A stretch of 62,210 nucleotides of DNA, the filler included, from Sphacelaria rigidula (lineage: Eukaryota), in the NCBI GenBank assembly GCA_964200075.2. It is 11 parts of 11 records of this genome, joined end to end, with 100 filler letters (N's around TTAATTAATTAA, not from the genome) between each part and the next. Parts side by side here need not be neighbours in the genome. Positions count along the whole stretch, not along the records: positions 22,661 to 28,225 come from CAXNAA020026288.1; positions 28,326 to 33,890 come from CAXNAA020026289.1; positions 33,991 to 39,554 come from CAXNAA020026290.1; 8 more parts are not named here. One strand, written 5' to 3'. A program made the translations under genes and the position numbers. Position 1 is the stretch's first letter. Every line of letters starts with the position of its first letter. The notes under the pieces are model-generated. The model was not told the DNA's origin, did not search any database, and saw only the letters and a program-made list of their open reading frames with translations. Below are positions 27,002-38,575 of the stretch, piece after piece.

Positions 27002-28029
27002 TGGCACCAAGCCAAGCACACGCGGTTGTGCAGTTATAGTGTGTTGGCCGTGTTTTGTCATGATATCAGACCCTAGCCAACTATCGTGTCCTGATTTGTA
27101 CTCGGTGTTCGTGCTGCACGGCTGTTCTTCAACACATACATGCACACGCACTACATCCCTTTTCTGTCTTTTCGATGCATGTCAGAACTGTTCAAATCGG
27201 ACATATGTGCATTTGCTCCACAACCCTATTTCCTGTGTTTTTTTTTCTTCGCCAGTCGCATGGGTAGCGTTTCCCACCCATTTTTTTCGCGATATTTTCA
27301 ACGCTGCGTGTGTGTGTGTGTGTGTGTGTTCGCCAGTCGAATATTTCGTTGAAGCGGAGCAAAAAGTCGACTCCTGGAGAATGCAGACGACGTGATTTCA
27401 GGAAACAAAAGAATACATACTGTTACGATGGGCATAGACAAAATCCTTCTTCACCCGAAACGGATCGGGTGGAACGCGGTGAGAGGGCGGATTATAGGGA
27501 GCCTCAGTGGCAGTAAAAGTACTTGACGCCCAAATGCAGTTCCTGCACCCCTGGTGGGTTTTCAGTAAACTAGTGGAGCGGGCATCATGTACAAGATAAT
27601 AGCGTTGTCATAATGCCGTTGAGCTTTCCCCTCAAAAGGAACCATAACGGGCTCTGGCAATCCGGGTTGTTGTAACCTCAGAATTTCCTGCATAGACACA
27701 AAATCCGCGATATAATGTCACGTGCGCCGGTCGCCGAGTCGCTCAACCCCACCGACGGGGTGGTGCGGCGACAAGCGTAGTCGCAGACGAGCCAGTCTAC
27801 GACAGGGGGCGGGGTGTTCGGTTCCACGAAACTATGTGCTTGTAGATGCGTCAAACGACCTAAAACACTCGCAGTACGCTTCTATTTGGGTAAAAGCGGT
27901 GTATAGCAGCATGAATGAGCGCTATCTATCGGGAGCAAGCGCGTTCGAACAACTGCTGGCTGCTTTCAACGGCGATTGAAGTGGAATTTCGTGGAAGAAA
28001 ACGGCCCAACCCTTCCCCCCCTCCTCCTC

Positions 28030-28225
28030 CTATACTAGGAGATAGATGGTGGCCACAGACGGCGAAACAGGACGGGGATGATACATGTAAAATGTTTTGG
28101 TGTCATGTATGGAAGAAACTTAATGAGCACCGGAATGTTGAAGGTGACTCTATCAGGAGTAGGAATGGTGCTCCGTCTCGAAAGGGATGCGTGGTCAATG
28201 GTCAAACGACTAAGGCAAGCGACAA
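28030..28225 (+). mobile_element. LINE-like 3' end, family A (ILGDRWWPQTAKQ...GAPSRKGCVVNGQTTKAS). Second copy at 46372-46448 ends in atgagtacg(C)n
   Basis: Two copies share gctccgtctcgaaagg.atgcgtgg.caatggtcaa.cgactaaggcaagc. The 3' end is homologous to that of family B. Confidence 0.7.
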
Positions 28226-29589
28226 NNNNNNNNNNNNNNNNNNNNNNNNNNNNNNNNNNNNNNNNNNNNTTAATTAATTAANNNNNNNNNNNNNNNNNNN
28301 NNNNNNNNNNNNNNNNNNNNNNNNNTTGGGTTTTTTTTTGTTTAATTTGGATAAGGACAGAAACATACCCCCCCCCCCCCCCCCCCCCCCACCTACCCCC
28401 TAATCGGCCCCAAATGTAAAAAAAGGGGTGTGGGTCCAAAAAATATTTTTTCGTGCACCCTTGGTGCGCCAGTATTTTTTTTTATTTTGCCCCACTCATT
28501 GTCCATACCAAATTTCAGGGTCCAACTCCAAGTATTGGTCGCATAATGGACCTGCAAACTGCAGAATCGCTTCTCGGCTGGCCCGGCTTGTAGTTTTCGG
28601 AATCACCGCGGCATCGTGTACAATGGTTTTTTCAAGCCACGCTGCTCACAAAACGCCTTGGATTGCCGAAACCACTGCGTGAACACCCCCTTGCGGCTTC
28701 AAGCCAATCACACGTCAAATTTCAGCACCATCAGACGCCAGGTGTATCGTGTTGTGGCGCCTAAGGCCGCTTCTTTGGACTGAAAAAAGTCTCTCTGAGA
28801 ACTGCCCTGTCAAACCTCCCATCTTGGATTACTGGCGGAATGCGGGCTTTTTCGGATTCGGCCTTCTCGGAAACATTTGCTATATTTTTCACGAGAATTC
28901 AAACGCGTTTGTCCGATCTTTCGTACGCCCAGTTTTACTGTTGGCCGGATTCTGTTTTTTTCGGTCGCCCAAAATAACTTCGAGTTGTCGGGAAAAAAAA
29001 AACGTATTTTTTCCGAAAACTAAACGATTTGGGAGGGCGCCTGAAGAAATTAATAATCCGGTCGAAAATAGAACTGAACGTACAACAGTCGGAAAAGTGC
29101 GCTAAAATCCTCCTTAAAAACATGCCCAATTCTTCCGAGGAGGCCAAACCCGCCAAGGCCCGTATTCCGCCAACAATCCGTGATGGAGGGTTCAAAAAGG
29201 TGTTCTCAGATGAACTTATTTTCAATCTTTCAAAGGCAACGTAATCTCCAAAAATGTAGCCTCCATATTATGGACAGGTGACAATACTGTACTGTTCGGC
29301 GCCGATTTAGAGAAGAACGCGGTTTCACAGGCAGGATTTCGAATCCTGCCTTTTGACCAACTTTTATGGCAACCAAACTCGTTTTTTTTAAACCCCGATG
29401 AAAAAATCGGGGGGACTCTAATTCGCGAACTCAAAATTGGGGGCATCGTGTCATGGTACAGGCAGTAAGTAGTACATCACAGATTTGAGGAACGGTTCTG
29501 TACGCAGACGGTCTTTTTCTCCATGAACATGATACTGCGTACTTGCGCATGAAGCCGAAGAGCAGGCAGGCGGTGAACAATCCTTCGAG

Positions 29590-30234
29590 TACAACAGTGC
29601 AGCACGCCTTTCCGAATGCAGCAGCAGCTGCCGCTGCATACTCCCTCACATGTTCTGGGCAGTTCTCCGCGACGGAGATCAGCTGCCTATACACAGGTTG
29701 TTCATTACCGTCGATTATATACGACCTCACCGCCGCTTGTACCGCTTCGACAGAGGGATACGCAGAACTCATACCTCTAGCTCCGTCTCTCGTCCCACAG
29801 CTTCGCTACGTCCAGTCGTATTGTGAACATGGCCACAAATTTAGTAGGGTACATTCATTCCCGAATTTCCCCCGAGCTGTACGTGTTATATTATCAACTA
29901 GGTTTTACTATAGGATGATGACCCCCCAAAAAATCGGGGGATGGGAGGTCAGGCCTACATGAAATGCAAGTAAATGATGGAAAAAAATCGGGAATCTGAG
30001 CCCCGACAACTTGGGGTTACTTTTGCTTCGAAGGCTTTTTTGTGGGCCAGGGACAGGGTACACCACCTTTGCAGTGACATCACTCCCGGCGACAGCCCCC
30101 CCCCCCACACTAGTCGTTCTGATATGGTCGATAAATTTCGCTTCTCGCCCTGATTGGACAGGTCGCTCCCAGCCTTGAGTTTTTTTTACGAAACATGGTG
30201 AAACCCTTGTTAGTGAGCTTCAGTCCCAAAAGGG
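29590..30234 (-). mobile_element. Non-autonomous DNA element with piggyBac-like terminus CCCTTTTGGGACTG. Homologous copy at 55857-56490; another terminus at 57290-57303
   Basis: About 640 bp shared between contigs 6 and 10 in opposite orientation. The terminus ...cagtcccaaaaggg is followed by TTAA at 57304 and by TTGA at 30235. Confidence 0.6.
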
Positions 30235-30848
30235 TTGAGGTTTGCGTGACCAGAGGTCGGGGAGGAAGAGGGGGTTGTACTCATGAAGTTGCGTGTCGTG
30301 GTCATGAGAGCATTGACCTCGCATCCCTACAAAGCAGAAGGGGGGCGGGGGGGCACCTCGAGCCTTCTGAACATTGCTGGTAATCTTGGGTGTAGATATC
30401 TCGGATACCCCGAGGTCATCAGTGTTTTCGGTTCTGCTCATATCGGTCGTTGATTATGTACTCAGTCGGTGGCTCTGCGGTGCCCACTGATGTGTCTGTA
30501 TCTACTCTGGTGCCCTGAATCCCTTGGGCTTTTTCCTTTTTGAATCATTTTGTTCTATTTTTTTGGTCGGTCATCTCTGTCTGTGCTTTGCTTATTTTTT
30601 TTTAACGTTTTAGTCTGCTATGTCGTTCTGTTCGACTTTTTCCTTCTCCTTCATTTTTGAACGAGTGTTTTAGTTTTGCTTTTCTGGGTACGTCTATCAT
30701 GCGACCACGGCTGAAGCCATGGGTGTTTAGCCAAAGTGCGACAACCAATCAATCATCGGAAGTCAAGTACTCAACGTACTCTAGAGGACAGTACGCAGTA
30801 TTTTCGGGAGTCGATTTTACAGGTGCTCTGGAAAAGCGAGCGCTGATA

Positions 30849-32028
30849 CGAGCCGGGCCAGACTAGACACGGATTTAAGCTCCAGAAGCAATATCTCGTC
30901 GACACGGACGAGTTGGGCCACGATCCGTATATTATATTAATCGTCTAACCAAGGGGAAGGTGCCTACCTGCTCAAAAGTTCGGGCCCATATTTTCTCGTT
31001 GATGAAATCCCATGTCTTCAATAGTAATTACTGTACGTAACGGAGATAGCGTCCATACTAAAATCTGTATGAAACCCCCGATCGATGCATTCAGCGGATG
31101 ACGAATTTTGGTGTGGACATTCCCTGGAGCACGGGGAGACAATAGATACCCTCACCTTCACCATTCGTTATCTATCTCGAGATATGGCGCACATAAGTTT
31201 CCATAGTAAAATCAGTATATTACGAGCGGAGGCACTATAGGAACTAAATCTGGATATCGCGTCTCAGTTTTTGAGAGTTATGCTATGAAATTTCGTATGG
31301 AGAACCGCTGGTGCATATTAATTCTTCAAAAACAGCTTTTTTCATCCTCATTATTTTTTCTTTTTTTCGGGTTTTTGGGACAGTTTCGAAGAAAAATGAA
31401 CACAATTCTTTAGCTCAATTTTAAGAATTGTGATTTGAAACTCAGAATAAAGAACCGCAGAGCCATGCTTAATTATAAAAAAGAAATGGGCCCTCGTTTT
31501 CTTGTTGGTGGCGAGAGGTTCGGGCCTTCTCGTGTAAAAATGGTGGTTTCCATACTAAAACACTCTGAACCAGTGAAGGAAAAATCGACCTGACCCGCTT
31601 TGTTCCGTCAATTATGCCCTAGCCACGGCCCACACAAAGTTTCAATACACAAACACCAAACGTGGGCCGGTAAGTGGTCCGCAAAATACTGCTCCGAATC
31701 TATTCTGACCCCGTCACTAAACGTCCCATTCACCGGCCAATATTAAGAGGTGGACCCTGACATTTGGTATGGACAATGAACAGGGCATGATAATAACAAG
31801 TACCAGTGCACACCAGGGATTTTTTTCTCATGAGCTAAGGGGAATAATCAGTTTTCAGGTATAAGTAAAATGCCCTTAACTCACGAAAAAAAAAAAAATG
31901 TGTGCATTGGCAATTGTTTCTGTTATGCCTTATTTATTGTCCATACCAAATTTCAGGGTCCAACTCTAAATATTTGCCGGTAAATGGGTCTGCAAGCTAC
32001 AAATTCGCTTCTCGGCTGGCCCAGCTCG
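30849..32028. mobile_element. Non-autonomous Tc1/mariner-like element (1180 bp) with TA target-site duplication. Partial copies at 28440-28592 and 50983-51484
   Basis: TA|CGAGCCGGGCCAGACTAGACACGGATTT ... AAATTCGCTTCTCGGCTGGCCCAGCTCG|TA (22/28 terminal inverted repeat match). Internal inverted repeat at 31752-31790 / 31925-31960. No ORF. Confidence 0.75.
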
Positions 32029-34775
32029 TAGGGTACCTGGAGTATCTTTACGATCTGTCGACAAAGGCATCAAGATCCAGGGTTTATATCTGCCGAGTAC
32101 CGCAGGATTGGGTTGATCCCGTCTGTTATGTTAGCATCATGTGCCCTTGCAAAATGACTCTCTGACTCTGATGTCAATCAACAATTCCGCAGAAGGCTCA
32201 CATGACCCGGTGCACTCTACGATCTCGGGTCTCGACCAAGATTTAGAACAATTATCGAAAATGTCAGGGTTTTGTCCAGCTTCACGACTTCGAAAGACCG
32301 CGACAGTTATCGGGGTGAATGAAGGCCTTACCGACCAAAACTCCGTGGTCAACTAAAAAAAATACGAACGCAGAGGGATATTGAAGACGTCATTGACTGA
32401 TTGGACTTGTGCCGAACCTGTGCCGAACAGAACACAAGATGGTTGCTAGAGCGGTAGGTGGCGATGGCTTACAGTGGGGAGTGCTATTGGAGCGTTTCCT
32501 TCCATACATCCTGCATAGCGTTCCCCTCGGGCGTCGCCTGCGCAAGGACGGTGTAAAGCAAGCGGACATCAACAAAAAACGCCGACGGGTTTTGAGAAGA
32601 AAGTCATCAGTCAGATTTGAAATTTTTGTTTTTAATACCCACTTGCGAATAACGACGGACCGCATTGAACGACTCGAAGTTTAAAAATACAAAGAGTTGG
32701 AGCTGAAAGCATGCTACAATTGTGCTCCTGGTGTGACCATCGCGCAGTGTTCTCTCCAGAGCATCCAGCCCCCGCTCGATCGCTTGCGATCAGTCAGGGC
32801 TAGGATGTTCAGATAATACGACAAAATGCCGCAAAAAGGTATTGCCGGTTAACTTTCGAGTATAGTATCGTCATTATCCTGTCGGACCATGCATTTATTT
32901 ACGTCTTGGATGTTCATCTGTGTAGTCCTTGAAGCCGGCAGCTTGTGGTGGAGAGATTCGTGAGCAGTAAATAGTATTCATACGAGTATTTTATTTCCAA
33001 TATTAGGCGTTGTGTGAATATCATTGTCTCCTGGAGTCACTTCGTGTGATGAAGTCACATGCATGATGTGCGGAGTAATATTTTGTGGCACAGTAGAGGA
33101 CAGTACACGTAGCAGCGAAGCAGCTGCTCGTGTAGGTGGTATCACAGCAGAGGTTATATAACGTGCATGATATGGCTCGGGACTTGGTGTTTTTGGGCCA
33201 ACTAGGCTTTCCTTGTCACAACAGGTAAGAACAGCGCCCAGGTCGTTAGCTTTCACTCGAGCACCGATACGCGGGATCACAGTTGCTGCTTTTACTGACG
33301 CTCGGGCGCAGATGTACCTAGCTCTCCCACAGTGAGTGCATACACTGTGCATTTGCGACTGACTGTCGTATGTTTTACTCTCGTGCACGAGAGCAAGCCA
33401 ACCTATTCATTGGCCAATGCAATAGAGCCGAACGCATTGCATTGGCCAACATAGTGAGAGTGTTACCTCCTCTGTAAAGGTATTGCCATGTTTTGCTGCC
33501 TGCGTGAGTTTGCGTGTGAACAGGCCTCAGGCATGAACATGTATCTATCCTCCCGCAACCATTTCTCAAGTTTTTTATCGAGGAGATCGTATTACTGTCA
33601 TGGGTTGTGATCCAGAAATTGGAAGTTGTAGATCTATGAGCATACGTACAAGCCTCCGCATATGTGAAAAGTCGCCATCAGCTCCATGTTCGGCCTGGGT
33701 TTTCTCTACATCAGTGTCATGCACGATGTCAAACACGCCTCGTTCATCCCCTCCGACCTTTCTGATTTTCTATAACGACTCACTCGGTCCCTTCATCCCC
33801 CCCCCCCCCCCCCCCCCCCCTCCCCCCCCCCCTCCCCCCCCCCCCCCCCCCCCCCGCCCCGGGGGCCGCCGGGAGTGCGGTGACGCAGTGNNNNNNNNNN
33901 NNNNNNNNNNNNNNNNNNNNNNNNNNNNNNNNNNTTAATTAATTAANNNNNNNNNNNNNNNNNNNNNNNNNNNNNNNNNNNNNNNNNNNNGTTTCGTTCG
34001 GCATTTGCCCGGCTCCGCGTCTGGAGGCGGGGGGGGGGGGGGGGGGGGGGGGTTCAAGTTAATCTTCGCTCTCCCGCTTCCTCCCCGAAGGTGCAAGGAT
34101 CATTCCGTTCTCTGGTGTGAGGAAAATAGAGCCCGTTTCTGAAATGTTCATTGTAAGATGGCCACCAACCTCTACTGCCGCGAGTCGGTCTGAACATAGG
34201 AGCACATTAGGACATTAACACAAACTTTACATGAGGGTAATTCGGTATACTCCCACCCATATTGTACGTCGAAAAGCTTCGGGCAACATAGGTAACAGTG
34301 AGCATCAACAAAAACCTGTACTAAGTAAGTCAATTTTCCCAGTAAAAGCCGGATAGGCATGAATTACCCGGCAGGCTATCAGGCAAATCTGTTTCTGTAT
34401 CCTCAGGTGATCAACCGAATTGCGTTTTCTCGTATATTTACAATATCCTCGCTTCTTCGATATCATTTTTGTAATCAACGTCTTCTACAGGAACTGCCGA
34501 GTGCTCAGGCCGTCTTCGCGAATAATTCTTCGATCGAAAACGTACGGTGGGAAAAATAAAATTCCGATAATATGACAGGTCGTGATTTCAACCATCGTCG
34601 TATATGTTGAAATGAAATCACGAGCTATCAGATCCGACTTTTTTTTTTTTTGTCTTCCCACCACACTTTTTCCATCGAAAAATGATTTGCTGACACACGG
34701 CCTCATTCAACCAACACGTCCAAGTTTTCCGCATTCTTTCACGAGAGCCACGGACGAGTCGATTGTCTGTTTCAC

Positions 34776-37700
34776 CTCCACCATCCTCAGCTGAACGGCG
34801 TCTTGTCTGGGCGTCGCTTCGGCCGACACCTCGACCATGCGCAGAACTCCGTACCCGTACCCCGACATCAAACCACAAGCCCTATTGCCGGCGCTCGAAA
34901 AGTTGTTGCCGGCCCTTGCGTTTTTATCACAGTTTCGGGCGCGATCGTGGGCCAGGCTGCGATAGCACCCCATGGCGCACCCCCTGCGCGTCCAACTGGC
35001 CGGCAAAGTTCGTTATTCCGGTAAGCAAGCGCCCACGGGAAGCGGAAACGATCAATCGTACCCGAATGTTTTGTAGTCCCACGGAAACAGGTACAGCAAA
35101 GAATCGTGTGACAAAAGGGGCGGAGGGTTAGTGGCGAGGGTTTGCACTCGTGTCACGACAAAATTTGGGACCGGCGGGCCCGTGCTGGGTGGGGGGAACT
35201 GCCGAAGACTGCGAGCTGTTACACGCCACGTTGTCCCCTAGAAAGGAAAAAAAAGGCACGCGTCCGACAGAACGGAACACAGATGTCATCTGTTCACCTT
35301 GGAAACATTTCTAGAGCGTTGTCGGATCCTACATTCGGTTTAGAACAATCTCTAAAATGTCGTCAGATATTGCAATGGGTTTAGAGCAACTGTCTAAAAC
35401 GTTGTCAGATAACCTACACTTGCTTTAAAATAATCTCGAAAAAACTTTGTCGAAAATATATGTTCATTCAAAGCAATATCTTCCCAAATCGTTGTCGTAC
35501 ACCTGCTTTTTTCATTCAGAACAACTTGCCCCCGAAAGTTGCAAAAGAACGCCGATTTTCTGCTCTTCTTAGAACAGCTCTAGAGCGAGCGCCCGGTGTA
35601 TTTCTCAACATGCTTCTAGAATCAACGTGTTCAATACTGTCGGGGATGTTCAGTCTCTCGCCATCACCGACACCAATGCCCACATCCATCGCGCTGCCCA
35701 ATGACCTCTCGGGGTGTACACGCAAGGGAGCCCCGAGGCTCTGTAACTCAGCACTATTCTAAACTTGATGAGAGAGTGGGAGCGAGAGTTAGAGCGAGGG
35801 GGTTAGTTTATTTCTCGTTGCGTCATCCGTTCTTTTGTGTGTACGGACGGGGGGAGTGGCGGAGGGCGCATCTCGGAGCATTTTCGCGCCCTCTGGTGAA
35901 CCCTGTTGTTCCTGCTCTGTGTTATTTTCTTTGATTCTTTTTAGCCCCGTTCAGCGATATACATACGAGGGCCGAAATTCAAAAATCCAATTATTGTTTG
36001 AAGCATATCTATGCATGTACCTACGAGTATATGAGGACAATAAAGTCAAAGGACACAAGCACATGAACATAGCACTGATTGGCGAAAGAACCGCAGAGGC
36101 AAAACGTTCGGTAGTGTATTGTTTTTTCTCAAGGGGCTGTTTCTACTTTGCCTTACATCTGCGGACGACAAGTCGCCTACCATGCGGGACCCCAAACATA
36201 CCTTCACCCAATCGTTCACCTTGCGAACAACACTCGACTGTAGCAAAAGGCATTCCGTTTGAAAAAGAAATTACGTTGCTAGCTTGGGGCGAAAAGTTGA
36301 CACTCGGCAGGCAGATGTACGACTGTGTATGGGTGCATGTGTACATGATATGTGTCGTATATATGTAAGTACGCATGTAAAATACGCATCCTTACACTCC
36401 AGCATGATGATATCTTCTGGCAAACGCTTGTCGTGGAGGCATGGGCACATCCCAGCCCTCTTCTTGTCCCCCTGGCCAAGTAGGACAAAATTTTGATAGA
36501 ACAGCCCCTCGAAACGCTGTCGAACATCTTTTCATTCAGAACAACTTCCCGAGACGTTGTAGAACATGTCTTTATTCAGAACATTTTCCCACAACGTTGC
36601 CGAGCTTCTGTCAACCTACAACAGTTTTCAATCGCTGTCAGATATTGCGTTCAGTTTAGAACATTTCTTTAAACTCTGTCAGAACTCGCAGTCGATTTAG
36701 AGCAATTGCACACACGTTGTCATATTTTGCCTCCAGCTTAAAACAACTACAACCATCGCAAAGTACTGAATTCGTGTAGAACATGGCGTGTTCTAGAATA
36801 ATGATTGTACCCGGAACATGCAGAGTTTGTTCCGTTTTATCGGACGTGTGTAGAAAAAAGGTGACTAATCAAGCCAATGACGCGCGCGGTGGAAAAGCGG
36901 ATCTAGATCGAGATACAATTGCTAACGTAGCCGTCTACACGCTCACGAAGATCTCGACGAAGCGTCATGTGATCGGTCCGGATGCCTTCATTGCCCGCTA
37001 GGGTAGTGTTCATCCACACATGTGCTGAGAATACAAGCTGCTACAAGTTGAGGCGCTCGTGACTTCGTCCGATACATATACCCCCCAAAAACAAAAGTGT
37101 CGCAGAAACAAACCCCTTGACAGCAATAAACTCAACCTTGAATTGATGCAGTGGAGACCTTGGACACACCCTCTAAGTAATTGTTGTAATACCAATTTTC
37201 ACGTCAATCAATTCTCGCTTGAAACCCACTCCTTCACCCCCGCCCCAACCCATATCTCACGACGAACTAAACCCCTTCAACACAAATGACAGTCCACTAG
37301 AAGAGCCACAAAGTGTGCCCCCGCACTCGCACCTCTTTGCGCTGGACCAAAATTCCTCGTATCCGCCGCCCGTCAGCCGCATACTCGAACGTCCTGCTCC
37401 TGCATCGCCGTCATCCGAAGGTCCATCCGCCACCACTGCCACAAGCGGCGTTCGCACCAGAGGGGTCCCGGAGAGGCAACGCAGGCCTTGCTCGATGGCT
37501 CCTATCCCAAGCGTCTCGTAGCAGCCGTGAAGCTTTGCCGCCGCTTTCTCGATCAAGAGAGCCCACGTCTTGTGTGTACAAAAAGCCGCATCGATGGAGG
37601 AAGGTGGGGGGCGCGGAGGGAGAAGAGGCGGCCGGTTCAACATGGCGGATGCCTAGTCCGACGACAATTGACCACTTCCCAGAGATGCCACAACTAGCGA

Positions 37701-38575
37701 TGAGGGTTCAAAGCACGGAATGAGTGCGAAGTCACACTCGAGATACATTGTGCACCTGCCCCTGCACCTGCACCTGTGCTTTCGAACGAAGATAAGATTT
37801 GCTGCCATGTTCAAGGACTCTTGCGTCTGTGTTCAAGGGCTCTTGTACATTTCTTCGCCTTGACAGGTGTGTCTTCAGTAGATGCATCTGCAAGTCAACG
37901 ACATGAAAATTCATCGAGACGCCTGCTACGGGAGAGAGATGTCGACACACGGTAGAGGTTCCGGTTCCACCCTTTACCTTCTAGAACTCAGGACTGTCTT
38001 GCCTGATTCGGATCCTTGCACTTGCCGAACAGCGGAGCTCCGGAGGGGTGGCAAGGTATTTGGTCGTCGATGTGAAGATACCTCCACGAACCTTCTTTGA
38101 ACAGCTTCAACGTGTAGATGCCTGTGTATGCACGCGAGCGTTCACCGTCGGCCGGGCGCGACGTACAATGAGTTAGCCAGGAATACTCTTGGCAGCGTGA
38201 AAACCACTCGATTCTACGAAGAGCACTCCACAATCATGCGTCCCAACGTATGTCTCGATCGTATTGTTGTGTTCGACCGGCTTCCTCTCTCAGAGGCCGG
38301 CATTTCGGGAGCCATCTGTTGGGTGTTTGCCGAGAATCGCCATGCGCATCTTGAACAAACCGTTATCTCTCACCGTGTGGGACATTGCGCGCTAGAATGA
38401 AGGCCGTCGTTGATCGGATAATGTTCACGTACTATCTAGCACTTCGCTGGCCGTTTGTTTCCACTGAACTCGAACTGGCCAGATCCGCACTGGAAAGCGC
38501 CCCGAATATGCTAGCGAACACAAACTGATCCGCAACCGCTGCTAACCCAGACAACGAATCCCCGAGTGAGATGTC
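34776..38575 (-). CDS. Calpain-like (CysPc domain) gene, probably catalytically inactive or a pseudogene. Exons 38374-38575 (in-frame TAG at 38432-38434), 38003-38121, 37333-37568 and 34776-34995
   Basis: Spliced: HGIYTLKLFKEGSWRYLHIDDQIPC...CKDPNQ|TWALLIEKAAAKLHGCYETL...EFWSSAKS|WTRRGCAMGC...GLMSGYGYGVLRMVEV. This follows the calpain motif order GIY..RL..GEW..V.IDD, LW..LLEKAYAKL.G.Y..L, GL..GHAY.VL. Confidence 0.8.
35295..35620. repeat. Degenerate ~40-bp minisatellite (ttagaacaa..tctaaaacgttgtcaga..) in a calpain intron. Second block at 36490-36800
   Basis: Recurring tt(c)agaacaa / cgttgtc(ag) motifs at ~40-bp spacing. Confidence 0.6.

Noticed and set aside
32030..33800. Coding-like stretches here and at 50292-50651, 51522-51807 and 53380-53800
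   Set aside because: No recognisable domain or consistent splice model could be supported by eye.
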